Shown piece after piece: positions 48,968 through 58,164 of a DNA stretch of 64,000 nucleotides. The notes below the pieces were generated by a model. It was not told where the DNA came from. It saw only the letters and a list, made by a program, of their open reading frames with translations, and did not search any database. Source of the DNA: Nocardioides sp. (lineage in GTDB: Bacteria > Actinomycetota > Actinomycetes > Propionibacteriales > Nocardioidaceae); the NCBI RefSeq assembly GCF_035481145.1, contig NZ_DATIHB010000008.1:4246-68245 (forward strand), given 5' to 3'. Both the position numbers and the translations under genes were made by a program. How positions within the stretch are numbered: the first letter of the stretch is position 1; the number at the start of each line of letters is the position of its first letter.

Positions 48968-49999
48968 ATGCGCCGTACCTCCCGCCTCGCCGCCCTGACC
49001 GCCGCCGGGCTCGCTGTCGCCACCGTCGCCTCCGGCTGCTCCTTCCTCGGCCTCGGTGACGAGCCCGGTGACCTGCAGGTCTACACCGGTCGCCACTACG
49101 GCTCCGAGGAGGTCTTCAAGAAGTTCACCGAGGAGACCGGGATCACGGTCGACATCCTCAGCGGCGACGACGCCGAGATGCTCGAGCGGGTCAGGACCGA
49201 GGGGGCCGACTCGCCCGCCGACATCTACATGACGGTCAGCGCCGGCCCGCTCTGGAGCGCGGCCGACGACGACCTCCTCGAGCCGCTGACCAGCCCCGTT
49301 CTCGACGAGGCCGTGCCGGCGCAGTACCGCGACGCCGACGACCGCTGGTTCGGACTCGTACGCCGGGCGCGCACGGTCGTCTACGACCCCGAGAAGGTGG
49401 ACGCCAAGGAGTTCGACGCGACGGACACCTACGCGGGGCTGACCGACCCGAAGTGGAAGGGCCGCCTCTGCATGCGCGACCTCAGTGGTGCCTACACCAC
49501 CTCACTGGTCGCCTCCCTGATCGACCTCCACGGCTACGACAAGACGCTGGAGATGGTCGAGGGCTGGCTCGCCAACGACGTCGAGATCATGGGCAACGAC
49601 GTCGAGCTGCTCGAGGCGATCTCCGCCGGCACCTGCGAGGTCGGCATCACCAACCACTACTACCTCGCCCGCGCGCAGGCCGAGGGCGAGCTCGAGGACG
49701 TCGAGCTCTACTGGGCCTCCCAGAAGGGTGCCGGCGTCCACGAGAACATCTCCGGAGCCGGAGTGGTCGCGACCAGCGACGCGAAGTCGAAGGCGCAGAA
49801 GTTCCTCGAGTGGCTCGCCACCGACGGCCAGGACGACATGCTCGAGGGCAACCACGAGTACCCCGTCAACCCGACCGTGCCGGTCGACGCGGCCGCTGCG
49901 GCGTTCGGCTCCTTCACGCCGATGGCGGTTGACGCCGAGGCCTACGGCAAGCTCAACCCCGACGCGGTGAAGCTGCTCGCCGAGGCCGGCTACAAATGA
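48968..49999 (+). CDS. Fe3+ ABC transporter substrate-binding lipoprotein (FbpA/FutA-like)
   Basis: Lipobox VASG|C, YTGRH, SPAD, NHYY iron-ligand motif, NISG. Confidence 0.9.
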   Translation: MRRTSRLAALTAAGLAVATVASGCSFLGLGDEPGDLQVYTGRHYGSEEVFKKFTEETGITVDILSGDDAEMLERVRTEGADSPADIYMTVSAGPLWSAADDDLLEPLTSPVLDEAVPAQYRDADDRWFGLVRRARTVVYDPEKVDAKEFDATDTYAGLTDPKWKGRLCMRDLSGAYTTSLVASLIDLHGYDKTLEMVEGWLANDVEIMGNDVELLEAISAGTCEVGITNHYYLARAQAEGELEDVELYWASQKGAGVHENISGAGVVATSDAKSKAQKFLEWLATDGQDDMLEGNHEYPVNPTVPVDAAAAAFGSFTPMAVDAEAYGKLNPDAVKLLAEAGYK

Positions 50000-50009
50000 G
50001 CCTGAGCCG

Positions 50010-51647
50010 TTGACCCAGGCCCTGGCACCTGCGCTGGAGCCGGCCGCGCGGTCGCGCCGCGGACCCACCCGTGGCCGTCCGGGGTGGTCGGCTCTCGTCG
50101 TGCTGGTCGCCGTCCTGACGGCGCTGCCCGTCCTGGCTGTCCTCGCCGAGGGCGGCGGTGGCGTGTGGCCCTCGGACCTGGGCGCCATGGTGCTCACGAC
50201 GATCGGTCTGATGGCCGGCGTCGCGCTCGGCACGCTCGTGATCGGGTGCGGCCTCGCCTGGCTGGTGACCGCCTACACGTTCCCCCTGCGCAACCTCATG
50301 GTCTGGCTGCTCGTGCTGCCGCTGGCCATGCCGGCGTACATCCTCGGTTTCGTCTTCCTCGCGACGTTCGACGCTGCGGGGCCCGTGCAGCTGTGGCTGC
50401 GCAGCCACGTGGCGGATGGCGTCGCGATCGACGTCTCGACCACGGCCGGCTGTGCCGTCGTCATGAGCCTGACCCTCTACCCCTACGTCTACCTCCTGGC
50501 CCGCTCCGCCTTCGCCGAGCAGGCCCCCACGACGTACGACGCGGCGCGGATGCTCGGTGCTGGCCGGGTCCGGGCGTTCTTCCGGGTGCTGCTTCCGCTG
50601 GCGCGGCCGTCGCTCGCGGCGGGCCTCGCGCTGGTGATGATGGAGGTCCTCACCGACTTCGCCACCGTCCAGTACTTCGGCGTCCAGACGGTCTCCTACG
50701 GCGTCTACATCACCTGGAAGCAGCAGTTCGCCTTCGCCTCCGCGGCGCAGCTGGCCAGCCTGGTCATGCTCTTCGCCGTCGTCGTGATGGCGGGGGAGCG
50801 GCTGGTCCGTGGCCGGGCCCGCTACACCCAGCGCGGTGGCCGCGGCGCCGGTCTTGCCCCGACGCCCCTTCCGCTCGGGCGCGGCCTGCTGGCCACGGGC
50901 GCCTGCCTGCTCGCGCTGCTCGCGGCGGTCGTCGTGCCGGTGGTCCGCCTGGCCGGCTTCGCGATCGACCACGCTCGTGGTGGCGACGGTCGACCGGCGC
51001 TGGGTCCGCAGTTCATGGAAGCGCTCGGCAACTCCGCGGTGGTCGCCGTCCTCGCGGCCCTCGCCTGCGTGACCCTGGCCGTCCTCATGGGCCATGCACT
51101 GCGCCTCGGTGCGGGCCGCTTCGTGCGCGGGGCCGCGCAGCTGACCACCTTCGGGTACGCCGTCCCGGGAGCCGTCATCGGCATCGGGGTCCTGCTCCTG
51201 CTCTCCCACGTGCCCGGCGTCCTCGCGACCGGGTCCGTGGCGGCCGTCCTGTGTGCCTACGCGATCCGCTTCCTGGGGCCGGCCTTCCAGTCGGTCGACG
51301 CGTCGTACGCGAAGCTGCCGCCGGCGGTCACCCAGAGCGCCCTGAGCCTCGGGGCCAGCCCGCTGCGGGTCCTGGCCCGCGTCCACCTGCCACTGGTCCG
51401 GCCGGGCGTGCTCGTCGCGCTGGTGCTCGTCATGATCGACGCGATCAAGGAGCTCCCGCTCGTGCTGATGCTGCGCCCGGTCGGTTTCGACACCGCGTCG
51501 GCCTGGGTGCACCGACTGGCCACGGAGAACCTCTGGGGCCTTGCTGCCGCGCCCGCGCTGATCATCGTGGCGTTGGCGGTCATCCCGGTCGCTATCCTCG
51601 GCCGGCGGATCCGCGCGGCGGACCGCAGGGAAGGAGGCCGACGATGA
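50010..51647 (+). CDS. Fe3+ ABC transporter permease
   Basis: Two permease repeats, PLAMPAY, YPYVYL, KELP. Confidence 0.9.
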   Translation: MTQALAPALEPAARSRRGPTRGRPGWSALVVLVAVLTALPVLAVLAEGGGGVWPSDLGAMVLTTIGLMAGVALGTLVIGCGLAWLVTAYTFPLRNLMVWLLVLPLAMPAYILGFVFLATFDAAGPVQLWLRSHVADGVAIDVSTTAGCAVVMSLTLYPYVYLLARSAFAEQAPTTYDAARMLGAGRVRAFFRVLLPLARPSLAAGLALVMMEVLTDFATVQYFGVQTVSYGVYITWKQQFAFASAAQLASLVMLFAVVVMAGERLVRGRARYTQRGGRGAGLAPTPLPLGRGLLATGACLLALLAAVVVPVVRLAGFAIDHARGGDGRPALGPQFMEALGNSAVVAVLAALACVTLAVLMGHALRLGAGRFVRGAAQLTTFGYAVPGAVIGIGVLLLLSHVPGVLATGSVAAVLCAYAIRFLGPAFQSVDASYAKLPPAVTQSALSLGASPLRVLARVHLPLVRPGVLVALVLVMIDAIKELPLVLMLRPVGFDTASAWVHRLATENLWGLAAAPALIIVALAVIPVAILGRRIRAADRREGGRR

Positions 51648-52747
51648 GCGCGTCCGTCGAGCACGCACTCGTCCTCGACCAGGTGTCGAGGAGCTACGGG
51701 GACGTGGGCGCCGCCCGCGGCCTCGACCTCAGGGTCGCACCCGGCGAGCTCGTCACGCTGATCGGCCCCTCGGGCTGTGGCAAGTCCACGGCGCTGCGCC
51801 TCGTCGCCGGGCTCGAGCGCCCTGACAGCGGCCGGATCGTGATCGCCGGCGAGACCGTGGCGGGTCCGGGTCGGTTCCGCCAGCCCGAGCAGCGCCGCGT
51901 CGGCCTGGTCTTCCAGGACCACGCCCTCTTCCCGCACCTGAGCGTGGAGCGCAACGTCGCCTTCGGGCTCACCGACCTGCCGCGCAACGAGCGTGCGGCC
52001 CGTGTCGCCGAGGTGTTGGGACTGGTCCGGCTCGCCGACAAGGCGAAGCGCTACCCGCACGAGCTCTCCGGCGGCGAGCAGCAGCGCGTCGCGCTCGCCC
52101 GCGCCCTCGCGCCCCGCCCCGCGGTGGTCCTGCTCGACGAGCCGTTCTCCTCGCTCGACGAGAACCTCCGCGCCCAGGTCCGCGCCGAGCTCGTCGGGGT
52201 GCTCCGCTCCACCGGAACGACCGCCCTCTTCGTCACGCACGACCAGACCGAGGCGCTCTCCATCGGGGACCGGGTCGTCGTCATGCAGGCCGGCCGCATC
52301 GAGCAGGCCGACACGCCCCAGCGTGTGTTCGAGTCCCCGGCCTCCCGCTTCGTCGCCTCGTTCATGGGCGACGCCGACTTCCTGCCCGCGCACGTCCACA
52401 ACGCGTTGCTGACCTGTGAGGTGGGCGTCGTGTCGACGGTCCCGGGGTGGGCCCACTCCGACGTCGACGTGGAGGTGGTCCTGCGCCCGCACGAGGTCGC
52501 CCTCGCCCCGGCTGTCGGGCGCTCGGGCGGAGGCCCCGAGGTCGTCGCGGTCGAGTACCACGGCGCCTTCGTGCTGCACACCGTCCGGCTCCCTTCCGGA
52601 CGCACGCTCCGCTCGTGGCAACAGCACGCCGTGCGCTACCCGGTCGGCACCCCGGTCGACGCGTCGGTGGTCGCCGGCGTGACGCCCACCCTGCTCGTCG
52701 GTGACCGCGCCGTCGTGGCGCCTGCCGGCGCGCCGCCGCTCTCCTGA
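51644..52747 (+). CDS. Fe3+ ABC transporter ATP-binding protein
   Basis: GPSGCGKS, LSGGEQQR, LLDEPF, C-terminal TOBE domain. Confidence 0.92.
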   Translation: MSASVEHALVLDQVSRSYGDVGAARGLDLRVAPGELVTLIGPSGCGKSTALRLVAGLERPDSGRIVIAGETVAGPGRFRQPEQRRVGLVFQDHALFPHLSVERNVAFGLTDLPRNERAARVAEVLGLVRLADKAKRYPHELSGGEQQRVALARALAPRPAVVLLDEPFSSLDENLRAQVRAELVGVLRSTGTTALFVTHDQTEALSIGDRVVVMQAGRIEQADTPQRVFESPASRFVASFMGDADFLPAHVHNALLTCEVGVVSTVPGWAHSDVDVEVVLRPHEVALAPAVGRSGGGPEVVAVEYHGAFVLHTVRLPSGRTLRSWQQHAVRYPVGTPVDASVVAGVTPTLLVGDRAVVAPAGAPPLS

Positions 52748-52760
52748 CACAATCGCCGGC

Positions 52761-54044
52761 GTGGACACGCTGACGAGCTCCCCTGGTCCGGCCGGCCTCA
52801 CGGGCGTCGACTCCGCGGCCGACGCTGCGCGGCGTACGGCGCTGCGGCGGATGCGCGCAGTGGCGCTGGGCCTGCTGGTCTTCGCCGCCGTTGTGTACGC
52901 CGCGACGCTGGGCCGCGACGGCTTCCTGGGGTTCGTCAACGCCGGCGCCGAGGCGAGCATGGTCGGCGCGATGGCCGACTGGTTCGCGGTGACCGCGCTC
53001 TTCCGGCACCCGCTCGGCCTGCCGGTGCCGCACACGGCGCTGATCCCGAAGCGCAAGGACGAGCTGGGGCGCGGCCTGGAGGAGTTCGTGGGGGAGAACT
53101 TCCTCCAGGAGGAGATCATCCGCGACCGCGTGACCTCGGCCGAGCTGAGCCGCCGCATCGGCACCTGGGCCGTCGACCGGGCCAACGCGCGCAAGGTGGT
53201 CGCCGAGGGCATGGAGGTCGCCTCGATCGCGCTGGCCAAGGTGAAGGACGAGCACATCACCGATCTGGTGGAGATGGCGCTGGTGCCCCGGTTCCGCGAG
53301 GAGCCGATCGCGCCGATCCTGGGCACGTTCGTCACCGAGGCGGTCCGCGACGACCTCCACCACGGCCTGGTCGACCTCGCCCTCGAGGAGCTCCACGGCT
53401 GGGTCACCCACAACCCCGAGACGTTCGCCGACGTCCTGATGGAGCGCGCGCCGTGGTGGGCTCCCGACCGGCTCAACGAGATGGTCACCGAGCGGCTCCA
53501 CGTCGAGGCGATCCGCTGGCTTGGTGACATCCGCCAGGATCCCCGGCACCGGGCTCGCAAGGCGCTCGACTCCATGCTCGCGCGGCTGGGAGACGACCTG
53601 CTGACCAACGCCGCGACGCAGGAGCGTGCCGAGAACTTCAAGGTCCGCATGCTCGACCACCCGCAGTTCACCACGACCGCGATCTCGCTGTGGACCGCCC
53701 TCAAGAACGCCCTGGCCGGCGCCCTGCAGGACCCCGACGGCCCGCTCGCGCAGCGGCTCGAGGAGGAGGTCGTCGCCTTCGCACGCCGGCTGCTGGCCGA
53801 GCCGGAGCTGCGTGCTCGTCTGGACGGGATGGCCGCCGACGCCGCGGTCTTCGGCGTGACGCGCTACGGCTCGGAGCTGACCGCCGTGATCACCCACACC
53901 ATCGAGCAGTGGGACGGCAAGGAGGCCTCGGACCGGATCGAGCTCCACGTCGGTCGCGACCTGCAGTTCATCCGGATCAACGGCACGATCGTCGGTGGCC
54001 TCGTCGGCGTGATCATCCACGCACTCACCGTCGTGCTGCACTGA
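52761..54044 (+). CDS. DUF445 family membrane protein
   Basis: AEASMVGAMADWFAVTALFRHP, GRDLQFIRINGT. Confidence 0.92.
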   Translation: MDTLTSSPGPAGLTGVDSAADAARRTALRRMRAVALGLLVFAAVVYAATLGRDGFLGFVNAGAEASMVGAMADWFAVTALFRHPLGLPVPHTALIPKRKDELGRGLEEFVGENFLQEEIIRDRVTSAELSRRIGTWAVDRANARKVVAEGMEVASIALAKVKDEHITDLVEMALVPRFREEPIAPILGTFVTEAVRDDLHHGLVDLALEELHGWVTHNPETFADVLMERAPWWAPDRLNEMVTERLHVEAIRWLGDIRQDPRHRARKALDSMLARLGDDLLTNAATQERAENFKVRMLDHPQFTTTAISLWTALKNALAGALQDPDGPLAQRLEEEVVAFARRLLAEPELRARLDGMAADAAVFGVTRYGSELTAVITHTIEQWDGKEASDRIELHVGRDLQFIRINGTIVGGLVGVIIHALTVVLH

Positions 54045-54073
54045 GCGCTCGTCGGCTGAGGGAGAATGGCTCC

Positions 54074-54448
54074 ATGAGCACCAACCTCCCCGAGCGGCCC
54101 CCGTCCGGTCAGGCACAGCCGCGGCGCGCCCGGCACCTGATGGACCCGCACGCCCTGCCCGCGCGCCAGGCGACGTACGACGACGCGTCGGTGCGTCGGG
54201 TGCAGCGCTGGGTGATGTCGGCGCTGGTCGTGGTCGTCGCCTTCCTCCTGGCCGGTGGCTGGGTGCTGATCGCGGGCACGATCGTGTCGAAGCCGGCCGG
54301 CCAGTGGGTGCTGCTGGCCAACGCCGCAGCGTTCGGGGTGGCCGGGATGGCGGCCGCGCTCGTCATCCACCAGCGGCGCTGGCTCTCGCCGTGGCTCCTG
54401 CTCGGCGTCGTGCCGCTCGTGGCCGGTGCAGTCTGGATCTTCGGATGA
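54074..54448 (+). CDS. Small membrane protein
   Basis: Three hydrophobic segments; RHLMDP and LSPWLLLG. Confidence 0.65.
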   Translation: MSTNLPERPPSGQAQPRRARHLMDPHALPARQATYDDASVRRVQRWVMSALVVVVAFLLAGGWVLIAGTIVSKPAGQWVLLANAAAFGVAGMAAALVIHQRRWLSPWLLLGVVPLVAGAVWIFG

Positions 54449-54753
54449 GGCCCCGCCTGAGCGGCCTGCGCCGCAAGGCCGCGCCGCGCACCCCGAAGGG
54501 TCCCGAGCCCGTCGACGTGCCCGTGCGCGAGGAGGTGATCCGGCTGGGCCAGTTCCTCAAGCTCGCCAACCTGATCGACACCGGCGCGGAGGCGAAGGAG
54601 GTCTGCCCCGCTGGCCTCGTGAAGGTCAACGGTGAGGTCGACACCCGGCGCGGCCGCCAGCTGCAGGACGGCGATGTCGTCGAGCTGCGCGGTCAGGCTG
54701 CCCGCGTCGTCGCCGGCGTCGACGCGGCCGTCGAGGACGACCTGCCCTGGTGA
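54445..54753 (+). CDS. S4-domain RNA-binding protein (YaaA-like)
   Basis: IRLGQFLKLA...GAEAK...VNGEVDTRRGRQL. Confidence 0.88.
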   Translation: MRPRLSGLRRKAAPRTPKGPEPVDVPVREEVIRLGQFLKLANLIDTGAEAKEVCPAGLVKVNGEVDTRRGRQLQDGDVVELRGQAARVVAGVDAAVEDDLPW

Positions 54754-54789
54754 GCACCCGGCTTCGGCGGTCGTGACAGACTTCGGTCC

Positions 54790-55161
54790 ATGAGCCAGAA
54801 GCCTGAAGTCGAGTTCGTCGACCCCACGCAGACCTACACCGATCTCGTCATCACCGACCTCGTCGAGGGTGACGGCGACGAGGCCGTCGTCGGCAAGAAC
54901 GTCGCCGTCCACTACGTCGGTGTCGCCCTGTCGACGGGCGAGGAGTTCGACGCGTCGTACAACCGTGGTGCTGCCTTCCAGTTCCCGCTCGGTGGCGGCC
55001 GCGTCATCGCCGGCTGGGACCAGGGTGTGCAGGGCATGAGGGTCGGCGGTCGTCGTCAGCTCGTGATCCCGCCGCACCTCGGCTACGGCAACCGCGACCT
55101 CGGCGTCATCAAGCCCAACGAGACGCTTATCTTCGTCGTCGACCTCCTCAAGGTCGGCTGA
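54790..55161 (+). CDS. FKBP-type peptidyl-prolyl isomerase
   Basis: VHYVG, FDASY, VIAGWDQG, IPPHLGYG, LIFVVDL. Confidence 0.95.
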   Translation: MSQKPEVEFVDPTQTYTDLVITDLVEGDGDEAVVGKNVAVHYVGVALSTGEEFDASYNRGAAFQFPLGGGRVIAGWDQGVQGMRVGGRRQLVIPPHLGYGNRDLGVIKPNETLIFVVDLLKVG

Positions 55162-55279
55162 CACGGCGGAGGGGCGCCTGACGGCGTTGCCCTCGGTCGA
55201 CGGCCCGCTCCGCTTGAAAACCGCCTTCCCTCAGGCGCCTTGTCAGGCAGTCCCTCCAGCGCGCCAGCCGGGCTGACGG

Positions 55280-55711
55280 TCAGGTCTGGTGGACGTACTG
55301 GTCGAGCTGGTCGCGCTCGAACTGGAGCTGGTCGATCTTGTGCTTGACCAGGTCGCCGATGCTGACGATTCCGACGCAGGTCGGCCCGTCGCAGACCGGG
55401 ATGTGGCGGAAGCGCCCGGCGGTCATGATGCCGAGCACGGCGTCGAGGTCGTCGCCGGGTGAGCAGGTGCGCACGGCGCTGGTCATGATCGCCGACACGA
55501 CGTTGTTGATCACCGTGCCGTCGGCGTGGAGCCGGCGGACGACGTCGCGCTCCGACACGATGCCGGCGATCGTCTCCCCGTCGGGGCTGACCACGACCGC
55601 ACCGATGTTGTGCTCGGCCAGGAGCGCGAGCAGGTCACGCACACCTGCGCCGGGCGCGATGGTGACCACCGCCTGGTCGGCCTTGCCACGGAGAACGTCG
55701 CTGATCTGCAT
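55280..55711 (-). CDS. CBS domain protein
   Basis: GIVSERD, FRHIPV, GIVSIGDLVK. Confidence 0.92.
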   Translation of the reverse strand: MQISDVLRGKADQAVVTIAPGAGVRDLLALLAEHNIGAVVVSPDGETIAGIVSERDVVRRLHADGTVINNVVSAIMTSAVRTCSPGDDLDAVLGIMTAGRFRHIPVCDGPTCVGIVSIGDLVKHKIDQLQFERDQLDQYVHQT

Positions 55712-55749
55712 CCGGTGACTCCTCGTCGAGTTGACCCCTCGATCTCAAG

Positions 55750-56610
55750 TTAGCCCTGTGGACGGCGGCTGAACAGGGCAACGCTCCCGGGGCCGCGCTC
55801 CCCGTCGGGATCGGTGTCGTCGTCGACGGAGCCGAGGAAGGCCAGTGCGGCATCGTGGAGGTGACCGTTGGTCGCGACCGCGTTGCCACCCCACGGGCCG
55901 GGCTTGCCGTCGAGCGAGGTGAAGGTGCCGCCCGCCTCGCGCACGATGACGTCGAGTGCGGCCATGTCGTAGAGCTCGAGCTCCGGCTCGGCCGCGATGT
56001 CGACCACGCCCTCGGCGACCATCATGTAGCTCCAGAAGTCGCCGTAGGCGCGCGTGCGCCACACCCGCCGCGAGAGCGAGAGGAAGTCCTCGAGCTGGTC
56101 GCGCTCCTCCCAGCCCGTCAGCGAGCTGTAGGAGAACGAGGCGTCCTCCAGGCGGCGTACGTCGGAGGTGTGGATCTGCACCGCCTTCAGAAGGTTGCGA
56201 CCGGTGTAGGCGCCCTGGCCCTTCGCCGCCCACCAGCGACGCTGGAGCAGGGGAGCGGAGACGACGCTGAGGACGACCTCGCCGTCGACCTCGAGGGCGA
56301 TGAGCGTGGCCCAGACAGGCACGCCGCGGACGAAGTTCTTGGTGCCGTCGATCGGGTCGATGATCCAGCGGCGCTGGCTGTGGCCGGTCGAGCCCTGCTC
56401 CTCGCCGAGGACCGCGTCGCGGCTGCGGGCCCGACCGAGCGTACGGCGGATCGACTCCTCGACGGCCTGGTCGGCGTCGGTGACCGGGGTCAGGTCCGGC
56501 TTGCTCATCACGTGCAGGTCGAGCGCCTTGAAGCGGTCCTGCGTGATCGAGTCGGCGTCATCGGCGAGCACGTGCGCGAGGCGCAGGTCGTCGGTGTAGT
56601 CAGCAGCCAT
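55750..56610 (-). CDS. hisN: Histidinol-phosphatase (IMPase family)
   Basis: KPDLTPVTDAD, IDPIDGTKNF, YGDFWSY, REAGG. Confidence 0.92.
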   Translation of the reverse strand: MAADYTDDLRLAHVLADDADSITQDRFKALDLHVMSKPDLTPVTDADQAVEESIRRTLGRARSRDAVLGEEQGSTGHSQRRWIIDPIDGTKNFVRGVPVWATLIALEVDGEVVLSVVSAPLLQRRWWAAKGQGAYTGRNLLKAVQIHTSDVRRLEDASFSYSSLTGWEERDQLEDFLSLSRRVWRTRAYGDFWSYMMVAEGVVDIAAEPELELYDMAALDVIVREAGGTFTSLDGKPGPWGGNAVATNGHLHDAALAFLGSVDDDTDPDGERGPGSVALFSRRPQG

Positions 56611-56639
56611 GGGGACAGGCTATTCGGTACGTTCGGGGC

Positions 56640-57113
56640 ATGAGCATCGACGGTCTTCCACTCCACCCCCTGGTCGTCCACGCAGCCGTCGTGCTCGCCC
56701 CGGTCGCTGCCCTCCTGGCCCTCCTGTACGCCGTCGTCCGGGCGTGGCGGCGCATCCTGCGCCACGTGACGGCCGGGCTCGCGCTCGTGGGCGCCGTGGC
56801 GGTGGAGGTCGCCTACCTGAGCGGCAAGGCGTTCGTCGAGGACGTCCCGGCGCTGGGGCAGGCGGTGACCGAGCACAGCGAGTTCGGGCGCCAGCTGGTC
56901 TGGGCGGTGTGGATCCTCGCGATCCTCGCTGTGGCGTCGTGGTGGGTGCTCCCGGTGACGAGCGTCCGCGGCGTCGGGGGCGGCGCGGCCGCCCGCTTCC
57001 TTCGCCCGGCACTCCTCGTGCTCCAGCCGCTCGCCGCCGTCGTCGTGCTCTGGCTCGCGTTCCGGGCGGGCCACTCCGGCGCGACCGCCGTCTGGGGCGG
57101 GCTCCTTCCGTAG
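56640..57113 (+). CDS. DUF2231 membrane protein
   Basis: GLPLHPLVVH, AGHSGA.AVW. Confidence 0.85.
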   Translation: MSIDGLPLHPLVVHAAVVLAPVAALLALLYAVVRAWRRILRHVTAGLALVGAVAVEVAYLSGKAFVEDVPALGQAVTEHSEFGRQLVWAVWILAILAVASWWVLPVTSVRGVGGGAAARFLRPALLVLQPLAAVVVLWLAFRAGHSGATAVWGGLLP

Positions 57114-57120
57114 AGGCTGA

Positions 57121-57214
57121 CCCGGACCACCACACTTCGGCGCCGAGACGCCCCGTTCCAGCGTCAACCAACCAGCCTGCGGCGGCGTCGAGATCCGGAG
57201 TGTGGTGTTTCAGG
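57121..57214. repeat. REP-like long hairpin downstream of the DUF559 gene
   Basis: Arms CCCGGACCACCACACTT (57121-57137) and GAGTGTGGTGTTTCAGG (57198-57214). Confidence 0.7.
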
Positions 57215-58064
57215 TGCGAGCGAGGGCGAGGGCGACGGCCCGCTCGAAGATGCGGCGCACCTGGTCCTGCTGGGACATCACCTGCTCCCAGAGCAGCCGG
57301 ATCACCAGCCAGCCATCGAGCGCCATCTCGTTGTAGCGGCGTACGTCATGGCGCCAGGCTCTCTCGTCGGCGTGGTAGCTCCATGAGTCGCACTCGACGG
57401 CGACCCGGAGGTGCTTGTCGACGAGATCACTGTGCCGGTCGCCTCCCACCCAGCCCTGGGGTTCGACCTCGAACCCGCGTACGTCGAGTGCGATCGCGCG
57501 TGCGACGGATTCGAAGGGGTTGGCCGCCCTTCGGTCCGCGGACTCGATCACCCGGGACACCCGCGCGCGGCCCCTCGGCACACGGGCCGCTCGTGCATGG
57601 AGCGCCTCACGCGTGACCTTGCCCTCCCGCAGGGCAGAGTCCGCCACGGCCAGCGCGGCATCGAAGGGCAACGTTCGAGCACAGTCCACCACGGTCGCCA
57701 CCCGGGTGAGCCGATGATCGGTGACGTCACCGTCCGGGAGATCCCCGCGGTGTACCTCGATCCCGGCATGGGCATGGTGTCGGTCGCGCGGAACCGTGAC
57801 GACCGGGAGTCGTGGCTCGGTCTTCACCTTCCAGCCCCAGGCGCGCGCAGCACTCAGGCCCGTCAGGGTCCCGCCGACGCGGTGTGCAGCGGCACGGTCG
57901 GCTGCGATCCCGGGGAGCGCGAGCGAGCTGCGGCCGTGCCGTTCGAGAGCGCCGCCCCCGACGGTGAGGTCCAGGACCTTCCGGGGCACGAGCTCGAGGA
58001 GCTCCTGGCGACGCATGATGCCGCCCGCTCGGCGTACGGCTTCCACGGGGTCGATCGTGTCCAT
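57210..58064 (-). CDS. DUF559/Vsr-like PD-(D/E)xK nuclease with AbiEi-like N-terminal region
   Basis: SAARAWG, TVVDCAR.LP..ALAVADSALR, NPFES, EPQ, SDL..VECDSW.YH...D..RYN.M..GWLVIR. Confidence 0.8.
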   Translation of the reverse strand: MDTIDPVEAVRRAGGIMRRQELLELVPRKVLDLTVGGGALERHGRSSLALPGIAADRAAAHRVGGTLTGLSAARAWGWKVKTEPRLPVVTVPRDRHHAHAGIEVHRGDLPDGDVTDHRLTRVATVVDCARTLPFDAALAVADSALREGKVTREALHARAARVPRGRARVSRVIESADRRAANPFESVARAIALDVRGFEVEPQGWVGGDRHSDLVDKHLRVAVECDSWSYHADERAWRHDVRRYNEMALDGWLVIRLLWEQVMSQQDQVRRIFERAVALALART

Positions 58065-58077
58065 GGCCCGACGATGA

Positions 58078-58159
58078 CCCGAATCACCACGCTCCGTCCG
58101 ACCAGAAGCGGCGCCTGGGGAGAGACCTCCCTCGGCAATGGCCTGTGTGGTGTTTCGGG
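58078..58159. repeat. REP-like long hairpin upstream of the DUF559 gene
   Basis: Arms CCCGAATCACCACGCTC (58078-58094) and CTGTGTGGTGTTTCGGG (58143-58159); same family as 57121-57214. Confidence 0.7.
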
Positions 58160-58164
58160 CCGCG

